Assembly (NCBI GenBank): GCA_035309945.1 | Contig: DATGEQ010000106.1 | Span: 143,503-207,502 of the forward strand | DNA: 64,000 nt | Direction of reading: 5' to 3' | Source: Gemmatimonadales bacterium | GTDB lineage: Bacteria; Gemmatimonadota; Gemmatimonadetes; Gemmatimonadales; GWC2-71-9 | In this document: piece by piece, positions 41,764-50,368 of the stretch | Layout of the letters: every line of letters begins with the position of its first letter | How positions within the stretch are numbered: position 1 is the stretch's first letter | Notes under the pieces: model-generated | Told to the model about the DNA's origin: nothing | What the model saw: only the letters and a program-made list of their open reading frames with translations | Database searches by the model: none | Position numbers and translations under genes: made by a program

Positions 41764-43701
41764 TCACTTCGTGAACACCTCGATCACGCCGCCCGCATGG
41801 CCGACACCGTATCGCAATTGCGCGTCGCTGGCGCCGAGAAACCGGAGCTCGCGAATGTCCATGACCGCAATCTGCTGCAGCTGCGTCACGTCGCCGCTCG
41901 CGGTGCCGTTGATGTACACCTGCAAGTCGCCGGCGTGCGGATCCATGATGCTGACCGCCCCGCGCGAGTGGAGCCAGTTCGGTCGATACTCCTGCACGAG
42001 CGACAGCGCGTTCGTCGCCGTCGTATTCGCGAATTCGTCCGCTTTCAGGAGGTTGGAATTCCGCATGCGACGCTGGCGGCGCTCGGAATCGGTGAGCGTC
42101 ACCTGCGCCGGAGTCGGCGGGTTCGCCACCATGGTTGACTGTCCGGCTGCCGCCCCCGCCCCCGCCCCGGCGGAGGGCGCGGCTACGCCCGTCGCTACGT
42201 CGATGACGCCGCCCGCGTGCCCGGGGCCGTACCGGATTTCCGCCTGCGCCGGTTCGAGGAAGCGAATCTCGCGAACATCATTGATCGCGATCTCGTGCAA
42301 GCGATTGACGTCGCCGAGCGGCGCGCCGTCGCGATAAACCTGCACGTCGCCGGATGCGGGATTGCTGATGCTGATCGCGCCGCGATGCTGCAGCCACATC
42401 GGCCGCGACTCCTGAACCAGTGCGTATGCGTCCACAGCCGTGGATGAATCGATCTCGGGTCGCGCGAGCACATTGGAATTGCGCGCCCGCGAGCGTCGCG
42501 AAGACGCTGCGACGGAATCGCCGGGCTGGCTGTCGGCGGCGGGTGCTTGCGCCGCGGCCACCGGAACCGATCGCCCCGGACCGAGGGCGGCGGCGGCCGG
42601 CGGGGCCGCCGTGCCGTAGACCAGCGCGCCGTTCTGGGCCCTGATCGTCAGAGCGCTGCCGCCCTGTTCGACGAACCCGATGACCTCAGGTGCCGTCCCC
42701 ATGCCCATCGCCCGCTGCTTGAGGCGCGCGAGCGGCATCCGAATCACCCAGTCGCGGATGATCCACACCCCGGACGGCAGGCGCAGGAACGCGACGCGGC
42801 CACCGGCACTCGAGGACACGACGTCCTGCGGCAAATGGACGTACTTGAATTCGAGTTGCCGCAGCTCCGCTGTCCGGCGATCGACCCACAGCGTGCCCGT
42901 GATCTCCGGGACCGTGCGGTCCCGCGCCGGCGTAAACATCAGGCCGACGAGGCCCTGATTGTCCCCCTCGCCCGTTGTGGTTTCGAAGCAATGCGTGCGG
43001 AGGAAGACACTGCTGAGCAGAATATCGGAATCGGGTGCGCGATAGGTCCAGCCGGACGAGTCCGTGACGACGTAGCCCTCCAGCTCGAGCCGCGCTGCCG
43101 ATGTCAAATTCCGGATCGGGTTGATGAACAAGCCGCTCTGTTCCCAAGTGGAATCGGGACCGCGAGGCCGGCCGCTCGGCGATAGCTCGCGTTGAAATCG
43201 CGTGAGGTCGAACCAGTAGGACGGCACGCGCGAGGTCCACGATACGGCCGCGAGCGCCTCGTGCACCTCGTCCCACAGCGCGGCGACCGAAGCGCCCGCG
43301 CTCCCGCCACTGCTGCTCGGCTCGATGTCGCATTGACGATCGCCGGCAACGACGACTTCCTGCAGCGCGATGGGAATCGGATCGATTGCCGCGTTGTAGC
43401 CGATCACTTCGCCGGTCCGCAGGGTCAGTGGCGACGAGACGAGGGGGCGGAAACCGATGCGCTTGGAGCGCAGCCGGTACGTGCCCGCAGCCGGCGCGGT
43501 CAGCGTGAACTCGCCGGCGCCGTTGGTGATCGTGCGGGCCTGCTCGACGCCGTGGTCGTCAATGAGGGTGAGGAATGCGCCCGGCAGCGGTGTACGACTG
43601 ACGCTATCGGTCAGCAGCCCGCGCACGCTTTGCGCCGGCGCCGCAGGGACCGCGAGCGCGGCGCAACAGAGGACGACGGCTAGTGTCTGGAATCCCACCA
43701 T
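41764..43701 (-). CDS. secreted CarboxypepD_reg-domain protein with two tandem C-terminal plug-like domains and no beta-barrel
   Basis: Start at ATG 43701 (signal MVGFQTLAVVLCCAALAVPAAPA). An N-terminal regulatory-like domain, then two repeats of about 100 aa ending ...IRYGPGHAGGVIDVAT and ...LRYGVGHAGGVIEVFTK. Confidence 0.7.
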   Translation of the reverse strand: MVGFQTLAVVLCCAALAVPAAPAQSVRGLLTDSVSRTPLPGAFLTLIDDHGVEQARTITNGAGEFTLTAPAAGTYRLRSKRIGFRPLVSSPLTLRTGEVIGYNAAIDPIPIALQEVVVAGDRQCDIEPSSSGGSAGASVAALWDEVHEALAAVSWTSRVPSYWFDLTRFQRELSPSGRPRGPDSTWEQSGLFINPIRNLTSAARLELEGYVVTDSSGWTYRAPDSDILLSSVFLRTHCFETTTGEGDNQGLVGLMFTPARDRTVPEITGTLWVDRRTAELRQLEFKYVHLPQDVVSSSAGGRVAFLRLPSGVWIIRDWVIRMPLARLKQRAMGMGTAPEVIGFVEQGGSALTIRAQNGALVYGTAAPPAAAALGPGRSVPVAAAQAPAADSQPGDSVAASSRRSRARNSNVLARPEIDSSTAVDAYALVQESRPMWLQHRGAISISNPASGDVQVYRDGAPLGDVNRLHEIAINDVREIRFLEPAQAEIRYGPGHAGGVIDVATGVAAPSAGAGAGAAAGQSTMVANPPTPAQVTLTDSERRQRRMRNSNLLKADEFANTTATNALSLVQEYRPNWLHSRGAVSIMDPHAGDLQVYINGTASGDVTQLQQIAVMDIRELRFLGASDAQLRYGVGHAGGVIEVFTK

Positions 43702-44381
43702 CGGAAACGCTGCGGCTCGAGCTTGGCGAGCCGATACAGGTTGCGTGCAAACCGTACGACGAACAGCGCCACCATGCCGGCGAGTAAGACGGCCAGCGTC
43801 CAATTCGTAACCAGCTCGATTGGCCATAGTCCCTTCACCTCCCAGCGAGCCGCAAGCGCGAGGACGGTATTCAACAACACGAGCAGGAGTCGTACCTCCG
43901 TTGGTCCGATCCTGCCGTACGAGATCTTGAAAACGCCGAAGACACTCGATTCGAGATAGACGTTGATCGAGAGCGCGAGATAGGCCACGACCAATCCCAG
44001 CGCCAGGCTCAGGTTCACGTAGGGCGAGAGGCCGATGCCGACGCCGATAACCGTGGTTGAAAACGCGTCCACGACGTGGTCGAGATAGTAACCATACTTG
44101 GGGCGTTGCGTGCTTCGGACCCGCGCCAGGGTTCCGTCAAGGCTGTCGCCGAGCCAGTTGATGCCGAGCATGAGACTCGCGGCCCAGAGCCAGTCGGGGT
44201 TGTAGCGCGTGAGCGCGTACGCGACGCCGGTGCCCGCCGCGCCCACCATCCCCAAGGCCGTGAGATGATTCGAGCGAAGCCGGCGGGGGACGTGCCGGGC
44301 CAGGAGTTCGAGTAAGCGCCGCTCGGGGCCGGCGAGCAGGAACGCCATCTCGCGCCGGCTTCCCGCGGTCACTCGTGCCAA
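43680..44381 (-). CDS. CDP-alcohol phosphatidyltransferase family protein
   Basis: DSLDGTLAR......G...DH..D motif with multiple transmembrane segments. The start could be TTG 44381 or ATG 44348. Confidence 0.8.
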   Translation of the reverse strand: MARVTAGSRREMAFLLAGPERRLLELLARHVPRRLRSNHLTALGMVGAAGTGVAYALTRYNPDWLWAASLMLGINWLGDSLDGTLARVRSTQRPKYGYYLDHVVDAFSTTVIGVGIGLSPYVNLSLALGLVVAYLALSINVYLESSVFGVFKISYGRIGPTEVRLLLVLLNTVLALAARWEVKGLWPIELVTNWTLAVLLAGMVALFVVRFARNLYRLAKLEPQRFRWWDSRH

Positions 44382-44498
44382 CCCTCCGTTTTCACGTGGC
44401 CCCGCCGCGCACCAGTGTCTCGCCTTGCTTGGCGTGGGTCGGGTTCGTCAGCGTCAAGGCACTGAGTGGAATCATTCAGCTCCTCAGCAGAAACGAGA

Positions 44499-44581
44499 CG
44501 GAGGGCACAGGATTCGAACCTGTAAGGGCTTGCGCCCGCCGGTTTTCAAGACCGGTGCCTTAGCCATTCGGCCAGCCCTCC
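44499..44581 (-). tRNA. tRNA-Ser (anticodon UGA)
   Basis: The reverse complement has acceptor GGAGGGC/GCCCTCC, anticodon stem-loop CCGGT-CTTGAAA-ACCGG, a long variable arm and T-arm ACAGG-TTCGAAT-CCTGT. Confidence 0.9.
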
Positions 44582-44835
44582 CCAACGCCTCAAAAGTACT
44601 GGAGCATCCTCCCGTTCTAAAGCGAAATTATGACGTTGCGTACGGCACTTGCGGGGCTGCCGCTCTTCGGTATACCTTCGGGTCCCCAGTTCGAACCAAA
44701 CCGGGACCGACGAATGTCGAAATCCCGTGTTCTCTTTCGACGTACTAACGGCAGCGTTTTGGAACTCGCCGGTGGAAGGCCCCGTTACGTTCAGGGCCGT
44801 CCAGCCGGTTCATTTTCCCGGGAAAAATTTCGCAT

Positions 44836-47800
44836 ATGAAACTGTCAGAAACCGCCATTCGTCGCCCTGTGCTCGCGAGCATGTTGTCCGCGGCGCTGGT
44901 GTTGTTCGGCGTCATCGGCTACAGCCGCCTGTCCGTCCGCGAGCTGCCCGACATCGATCCGCCGATCATCTCGGTCTCCACCACGTTGCCCGGCGCGAAC
45001 GCCGAGGTGGTCGAAACTGCGGTCACGGACGTGCTGGAGGAAGAGCTGTCGACCATCCAGGGCCTCCGGACGCTGAGCAGCACGTCGTCGGAACAGACGA
45101 GCAACATCACGCTCGAGTTCAATCTCGACCGGCCGATCGATGTCGCCGCGGAGGACGTGCGCGACAAGGTCTCGCGCGTGCGGGGCCGGCTGCCGGTGGA
45201 CGTCCTCGAGCCGGTGATCGCGAAGCAATCGGCCGACGAGCAGCCGTTCTTCTGGCTCGCGCTGTCCAGCGACAATTACGACCTGATGCAGCTGTCCGAC
45301 GTCGCCGACCGTCTCGTGAAGGCGCGGCTCCAGAGCCTGTCGGGCGTCGGCAGCGCGAACGTCGTGGGCGAGCGGCGCTACTCGATGCGCGTCTGGGTCC
45401 AGCCTGAGGCGCTCTCTGCGCGCAACATGACCGTGCAGGACGTCGAAAACGCCATCACCGCCCGCAACGTCGAGATCCCAGCGGGCCGCATCGAATCGAC
45501 GCGGCGGGAATTCTCCGTTCGCTCGCTCGGCGAGTTGAAAACGCCGCAGGAGTTCGGCGAGCTCGTGGTCGCGAGCCAGGGCACACAGCTCGTCAAGCTC
45601 AAAGACGTTGCGCGGGTCGAGCTCGGCCCCGAAGACAACCGCTCGATCTTCCGCTTCGACGGCAGCCCGTCCGTTGCCATCGGCGTGGTGCGCCAGTCCA
45701 AGGCCAACCTCATCGATGTGGCGAAGCGCATCAACGCCGAGATCCCGGGGATTCAGCAGACGCTGCCGACCGGCGTGAAGCTCCAGGTCGCCTTCGACGG
45801 CTCGGTGTTCGTCACACACTCGATCGACGACGCGAAGCTGACGCTGCTGATCGCGGCCATTCTCGTCGTGCTGATCATCTTCGTGTTCCTGCGGAACGTT
45901 CGCGCCACGATCATCCCGGGACTGGCCATTCCGGCATCGATCATCGCGACCTTCGCGATCATGTACTTCCTCGGCTTCTCGATCAACAACTTCACGCTGC
46001 TCGCGCTCACGATCGCGATCGGCATCGTGGTGGACGACGCGATCATCGTGCTGGAGAACGCGTTCCGCCATCAGGAGGAGCTGAACGAGAACCCGGAGGA
46101 GGCGGCGGTGCGCGGCACCAACGAGATCGGGTTCGCGGTCATCGCGACCACGATCGCGCTCGTCGCCGTTTTCACGCCGCTCGGATTCCTGCGCGGCTCG
46201 ACCGGCCGGCTCTTGAGCGAGTTCGGCATCGCGGTGGCGGGCGCCGTCGTGATTTCGGGTTTCGTAGCGCTTACCCTCACGCCGATGCTGTGCGCCAAGA
46301 TCCTCCGCATGCAGCACCAGCACGGGAAAGTCTTCCAGATGTTCGAGCGCGGCTTCACCGCATTGTCGGAGCGGTATGCACGGCTGCTGCGGAAGGCCGT
46401 CGATCATCGCTGGCTTGTCGTGCTCGGCACGGCAGCGGTTGTGCTCGTGGTCGTCGCGTGGTCCGTCGTGATCCCGCAGACCCGTCTCAAGTCGGAGCTG
46501 ATCCCGGACGACGATCGCGGCTTCTTCCTCATCATCGCGCAGGGTCCTGAGGGCGCGTCGCTGCCGTACATGGACGGCTACGTGCATCAGATCGAGGGAA
46601 TCGTCAGCAAGACGCCGGATGTCAACGGCTACTTCACCATCATCGGCGGCTTCGCCGGCGGCGTGAACCGCGCCTTCATCGGCGTGATCATGAAGGATTG
46701 GAGCCAGCGCAAGCTGCCGATCCAGGCGACCATCGGCGGCATGTTCCCGAAGCTGTTTGGTATCTCGGGCGTCATGGCGTTCCCGTACGCGCCGAGCGCG
46801 CTGGGGTTCAGCCAGCCGATTCAGTACGTCGTGCAAAATCCCGACTTCGCGAAGCTCGGCCAAATGATGGATCCGTTCACGAACGCGGCACGGGGAATCA
46901 AAGGACTCACGAACATCGATACGGACCTCCGCGTCAACAAGCCGGAGCTGCGGGTCACGTTCGACCGCGATCGCGCCGAGGATCTCGGCGTGCCGGTGCG
47001 CGATGTGGCCTCCGCATTGCAGACGTTCCTGGGCGGGAGGCGGGTCAGCACGTTCACTCAGAACGACAAGCTGTACTACGTGATGGTGCAGCTCGATCCC
47101 AAGGATCGCGCCACGCCCGACGACATGCGCGGCATCTACCTGCGCGGCCGGAACAACCAGCTCGTGCAGCTCTCGGCCCTGGCCAACGTGCAGGAGGGCG
47201 TGGGCCCGCGCCAGATCAATCACTTCAACCGCGTCCCGTCCTTCACGCTGACGGCGTCGCTCGTGCCGCCGATGGCGCAAGGTGAAGCGCTCGATTCGCT
47301 CGATGCATTGGCCAAGCGCGTGCTGCCGCCGGGGACGACGACGGCGTTGGCCGGCGATTCCCGCGAATACCGCGAAAGCGGTGGCGCGTTGTACTTCGCG
47401 TTCGCCGTCGCGCTGATCGTGGTCTTCATGGTGCTCGCGGCGCAATTCGAATCGATGCTGGACCCCTTCACGGTGCTGCTCGCGGTCCCGCTGGCCATTA
47501 CCGGCGCGCTCATCACACTCAAGGTGCTGGCGCTCCTGCAGCCGACCATCGTCTCTATGCTGCTGTATCTGGTGGGAGGCTCGATCTCGGGGACCACGAT
47601 CAACCTGTACAGCGAGATCGGGATGATCTTGCTGATCGGTCTCGTGAGCAAAAACTCGATTCTGCTGGTCGAGTACACGAATCAGTTGAAGGCAAAAGGA
47701 CTCGACACCGTGTCCGCCGTGCTCGAGGCCGGGCGCATCCGGCTGCGCCCGATTCTCATGACGTCGGTCGCGACGATCATGGGTGCGGTGCCGGTCGCCT

Positions 47801-47985
47801 GGGGTGTCGGTGCCGGTTCGGCGGCCCGCAAGCCGCTCGGCTACGCGATCGTGGGTGGCGTGTTCTTCTCGACGGCGCTGACGCTGTTCCTGGTGCCGGT
47901 GGCGTACGTGATGCTCGACGGCCTGCGCGAACGGCTGCGCGCGCGGCGTGGGCGGCTGGTTCCGGTCGAGGGAGAGGGCGACTGA
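44836..47985 (+). CDS. RND efflux transporter permease (AcrB/HAE family)
   Basis: 1049 aa. The N-terminus MKLSETAIRRPVLA..L......G......L.V.E.PD.D.P and the 12-TM architecture are typical of this family. Confidence 0.9.
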   Translation: MKLSETAIRRPVLASMLSAALVLFGVIGYSRLSVRELPDIDPPIISVSTTLPGANAEVVETAVTDVLEEELSTIQGLRTLSSTSSEQTSNITLEFNLDRPIDVAAEDVRDKVSRVRGRLPVDVLEPVIAKQSADEQPFFWLALSSDNYDLMQLSDVADRLVKARLQSLSGVGSANVVGERRYSMRVWVQPEALSARNMTVQDVENAITARNVEIPAGRIESTRREFSVRSLGELKTPQEFGELVVASQGTQLVKLKDVARVELGPEDNRSIFRFDGSPSVAIGVVRQSKANLIDVAKRINAEIPGIQQTLPTGVKLQVAFDGSVFVTHSIDDAKLTLLIAAILVVLIIFVFLRNVRATIIPGLAIPASIIATFAIMYFLGFSINNFTLLALTIAIGIVVDDAIIVLENAFRHQEELNENPEEAAVRGTNEIGFAVIATTIALVAVFTPLGFLRGSTGRLLSEFGIAVAGAVVISGFVALTLTPMLCAKILRMQHQHGKVFQMFERGFTALSERYARLLRKAVDHRWLVVLGTAAVVLVVVAWSVVIPQTRLKSELIPDDDRGFFLIIAQGPEGASLPYMDGYVHQIEGIVSKTPDVNGYFTIIGGFAGGVNRAFIGVIMKDWSQRKLPIQATIGGMFPKLFGISGVMAFPYAPSALGFSQPIQYVVQNPDFAKLGQMMDPFTNAARGIKGLTNIDTDLRVNKPELRVTFDRDRAEDLGVPVRDVASALQTFLGGRRVSTFTQNDKLYYVMVQLDPKDRATPDDMRGIYLRGRNNQLVQLSALANVQEGVGPRQINHFNRVPSFTLTASLVPPMAQGEALDSLDALAKRVLPPGTTTALAGDSREYRESGGALYFAFAVALIVVFMVLAAQFESMLDPFTVLLAVPLAITGALITLKVLALLQPTIVSMLLYLVGGSISGTTINLYSEIGMILLIGLVSKNSILLVEYTNQLKAKGLDTVSAVLEAGRIRLRPILMTSVATIMGAVPVAWGVGAGSAARKPLGYAIVGGVFFSTALTLFLVPVAYVMLDGLRERLRARRGRLVPVEGEGD

Positions 47986-49283
47986 TGCTCGCTCTGCTCT
48001 TGGCACTGCAGGCCGCGGTGTCCCCGCCGCAGGCGTCGGCGGACACGTTGCCCCAGATCACGTTGACCGACGCGCTGCAGCGCGCCGCGCAGCTCGACCC
48101 GAACTACGTGGCTGCACTCGGTCAGGTGGACAACGCGGTGTGGGCGCGGCGCAACGCGTTCGCTGTGTTCGTGCTGCCATCGGTGACACTCAGCCTCAAC
48201 GCACAGCGGACGAATCCGGAGACGTTTTTTTTCACTACCCAGATCGTGCGGGTAAAGACGCTCTGGTCGGCACAGCTGAGCGCACGCTACGACTTGTTCC
48301 TGGGCGGACAAAAGTTCGCCGAGCTCAGCAGGTCCAGTGCCGCACTCGAGGGAGCGCATGCCGATGCGCTCCGCCAGCGGTTTGCGACTGCGCTCCTGAC
48401 GGAGTCGGATTACTACGCCGTACTTGCCAATAGTGAGTTGGATCGCGTGGCACGGGATCGATTGCGCCGTGCTCAGGAGCAGCTCACCGTGGCACGCGCG
48501 CGCGTTACGTCCGGTGCTGCCGTCGCGACCGATTCGCTGAATCTGCGTCTGGAGCTGACCAGGGCGGAGGTGGCGCAATTGCAGCAGGCATCGACGCTGC
48601 GTGTCTCGCGGCTCGAGCTGGGTCGTCGCGTCGGCGCCGCCGGGCCGGTCGACGCCGCGCCCCTCGACACGACGGCAGCTCCCGAACTGCCGGTCACCCT
48701 GGCTGACGCGATCTCCCAGGCGGCCGTACAGGGCCCCGAGTATCGCTCCGCGGCCGCGAATGAGCGCGCGGCGAGCGCCGCCTATCGGGCCGAGTTGGGT
48801 AACTATCTGCCGCATGCGTCGCTGACGTTCAACGCGAACGTACTCGACACCGCGTTTTATCCCAAGTTTTTCAAACAGACGCAGTTTTTGCTCGGCGTCT
48901 CGTTGCCGCTGTGGAACAACGGCCAACGCGAGCTGGCGTTGTCACGTGCCCGGGTGAATAAGGACGTCGCCCGCGCTACGCGCGAAGATCTGGATCGCGC
49001 GGTGCAGCACGATGTCACCGCCGCGTACGACGCGTATGTGACGGCCCGCGGAACCGCACAGCTCGCCAAGGAAGGCCTCAGCGTCGCGCGCGAAAGCTTT
49101 CGCGTGGAGCAAGCGCGCTACCAAAGCGGTGCCACGACGATTCTCGATCTGCTCAATGCCGAAGTAAACCTGTCGCAGGCCGAAGCGGACTTCGTGCAAG
49201 CGCGCTACGGCACGCGCCTCGCGCTGGCCGGACTCGAAAGCATCCTCGGCAAGAGACTCTTCAACGATAAGGGAACCCCGTGA
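47985..49283 (+). CDS. TolC-family outer membrane efflux protein
   Basis: 432 aa with signal peptide, LTL.DAL..A...P....A and the duplicated coiled-coil/barrel pattern. The start overlaps the RND gene stop. Confidence 0.8.
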   Translation: MLALLLALQAAVSPPQASADTLPQITLTDALQRAAQLDPNYVAALGQVDNAVWARRNAFAVFVLPSVTLSLNAQRTNPETFFFTTQIVRVKTLWSAQLSARYDLFLGGQKFAELSRSSAALEGAHADALRQRFATALLTESDYYAVLANSELDRVARDRLRRAQEQLTVARARVTSGAAVATDSLNLRLELTRAEVAQLQQASTLRVSRLELGRRVGAAGPVDAAPLDTTAAPELPVTLADAISQAAVQGPEYRSAAANERAASAAYRAELGNYLPHASLTFNANVLDTAFYPKFFKQTQFLLGVSLPLWNNGQRELALSRARVNKDVARATREDLDRAVQHDVTAAYDAYVTARGTAQLAKEGLSVARESFRVEQARYQSGATTILDLLNAEVNLSQAEADFVQARYGTRLALAGLESILGKRLFNDKGTP

Positions 49284-50368
49284 TGTCGTACCGTGCCCTT
49301 GCAGTGCTGATCGTGTTCGCGGCCGCGTGCAACAAGGCCAAATCGGCGGCTCCGGGCGGACCGGGCGGCGGCATGCCGCCGATGCCGGTCGAAGTCTCGC
49401 CCGCCATCCGCGACACCGTCGTCGACGCGATCTCCGCCACTGGACAGATCGAAGCCATCCAGTCGATCGACGTGCATCCGGAAGTACAGGGCCGGATCAC
49501 CGAGATCCTGGCGAACGAAGGGCAGGAGGTCGCCGCCGGCGCGCCGTTGTTCAAGGTCGATGACGCCGAGCTCAAGGCGCAGGTCGATCAGGCGGATGCC
49601 AATCGCCAGCTCGCGCGCCAGGCGCTCGACCGCACCAAGCAGCTGATCGCGCAGAACGCGTCGTCGGCCGCCGATCTGGAGCAGGCGGAAGCCCAGGCGA
49701 AAGCCGCGGACGCGAACTACGATCTGCTCAAGACCCGGCTCGACCGCACCGTGGTGCGCGCGCCGTTCGCCGGCGTCGTGGGTCGCCGGCTCGTCAGCAT
49801 CGGCGCGTACGTCGGCTCGCAGACGTCGCTGATCAGCCTGCAATCGGTGAATCCGCAGAACGCGACGTTCCAGGTGCCCGAGCGGTACGCCGACCGGCTG
49901 CGCCGCGGGCAGCTCGTGAGCTTCCAGGTCGCCGCGCTGCCGGGGAAAAATTTCTCGGGCGAAGTCGTGTTCGTGGACCCGGTGGTCGAGCTGCCGGGCC
50001 GCACGATCCTCATCAAGGCGCGCGTGCCGAACCCGGAGCACACGCTGCAAGCCGGCATGTTCCTCGAGGCGCGCCTCGCCACCGACATCCGTCCCAACGC
50101 GATCGTCGTGCCGGAGGACGCGCTGATGCCGGTGCAGGGCTCGAACTACGTCTGGGTCGTGAAGGACGGCAAGGCCGACCGGCGCGAAGTGTCCCTCGGC
50201 GTGCGCACGGCGGGGTGGGCGGAGATTCACGGCGGCGGCATCGAAGCGGGCGACCAGGTCGTGGTCGGCGGTCTCGAGCGGCTGTTCCCGGGCGCGACGG
50301 TCATGCCGCACGTCGTCGAGCGGCGCCGCGGCACGCCGAGCGCCGAGTCTACGGCGACGAAGTCCTAG
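49280..50368 (+). CDS. RND efflux periplasmic adaptor (MFP/HlyD family)
   Basis: Lipobox FAAAC, a G.IEA...V.V.P.V.G.I motif and a coiled-coil hairpin. GTGA overlap with the upstream gene. Confidence 0.85.
   Translation: MMSYRALAVLIVFAAACNKAKSAAPGGPGGGMPPMPVEVSPAIRDTVVDAISATGQIEAIQSIDVHPEVQGRITEILANEGQEVAAGAPLFKVDDAELKAQVDQADANRQLARQALDRTKQLIAQNASSAADLEQAEAQAKAADANYDLLKTRLDRTVVRAPFAGVVGRRLVSIGAYVGSQTSLISLQSVNPQNATFQVPERYADRLRRGQLVSFQVAALPGKNFSGEVVFVDPVVELPGRTILIKARVPNPEHTLQAGMFLEARLATDIRPNAIVVPEDALMPVQGSNYVWVVKDGKADRREVSLGVRTAGWAEIHGGGIEAGDQVVVGGLERLFPGATVMPHVVERRRGTPSAESTATKS

Noticed and set aside
44845-48006. Very long antisense ORFs mirroring real genes. Examples are 44845..48006(-) of 1053 aa opposite the RND pump, 49205..52381(-), 27476..29194(-), 52854..54959(+), 55008..56762(+), 60739..62073(+) and 2805..3827(-).
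   Set aside because: Their translations are Arg/Ala/Gly/Pro-rich and low in complexity, with no motifs, while the opposite strand encodes clearly recognisable proteins. This is typical stop-codon-poor shadow ORF behaviour in high-GC DNA.
44836-50368. Unusual gene order in the efflux operon: permease, then TolC, then adaptor, instead of adaptor-permease-OMP.
   Set aside because: All three components are ordinary and complete. Order variation alone is not evidence of a new system.
50365-50368. The convergent genes (MFP + and DUF2723 -) share overlapping stop codons within the palindrome CTAG, with no intergenic terminator.
   Set aside because: This is a neat feature but a trivial consequence of compact genomes. 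No functional inference is possible from the sequence.
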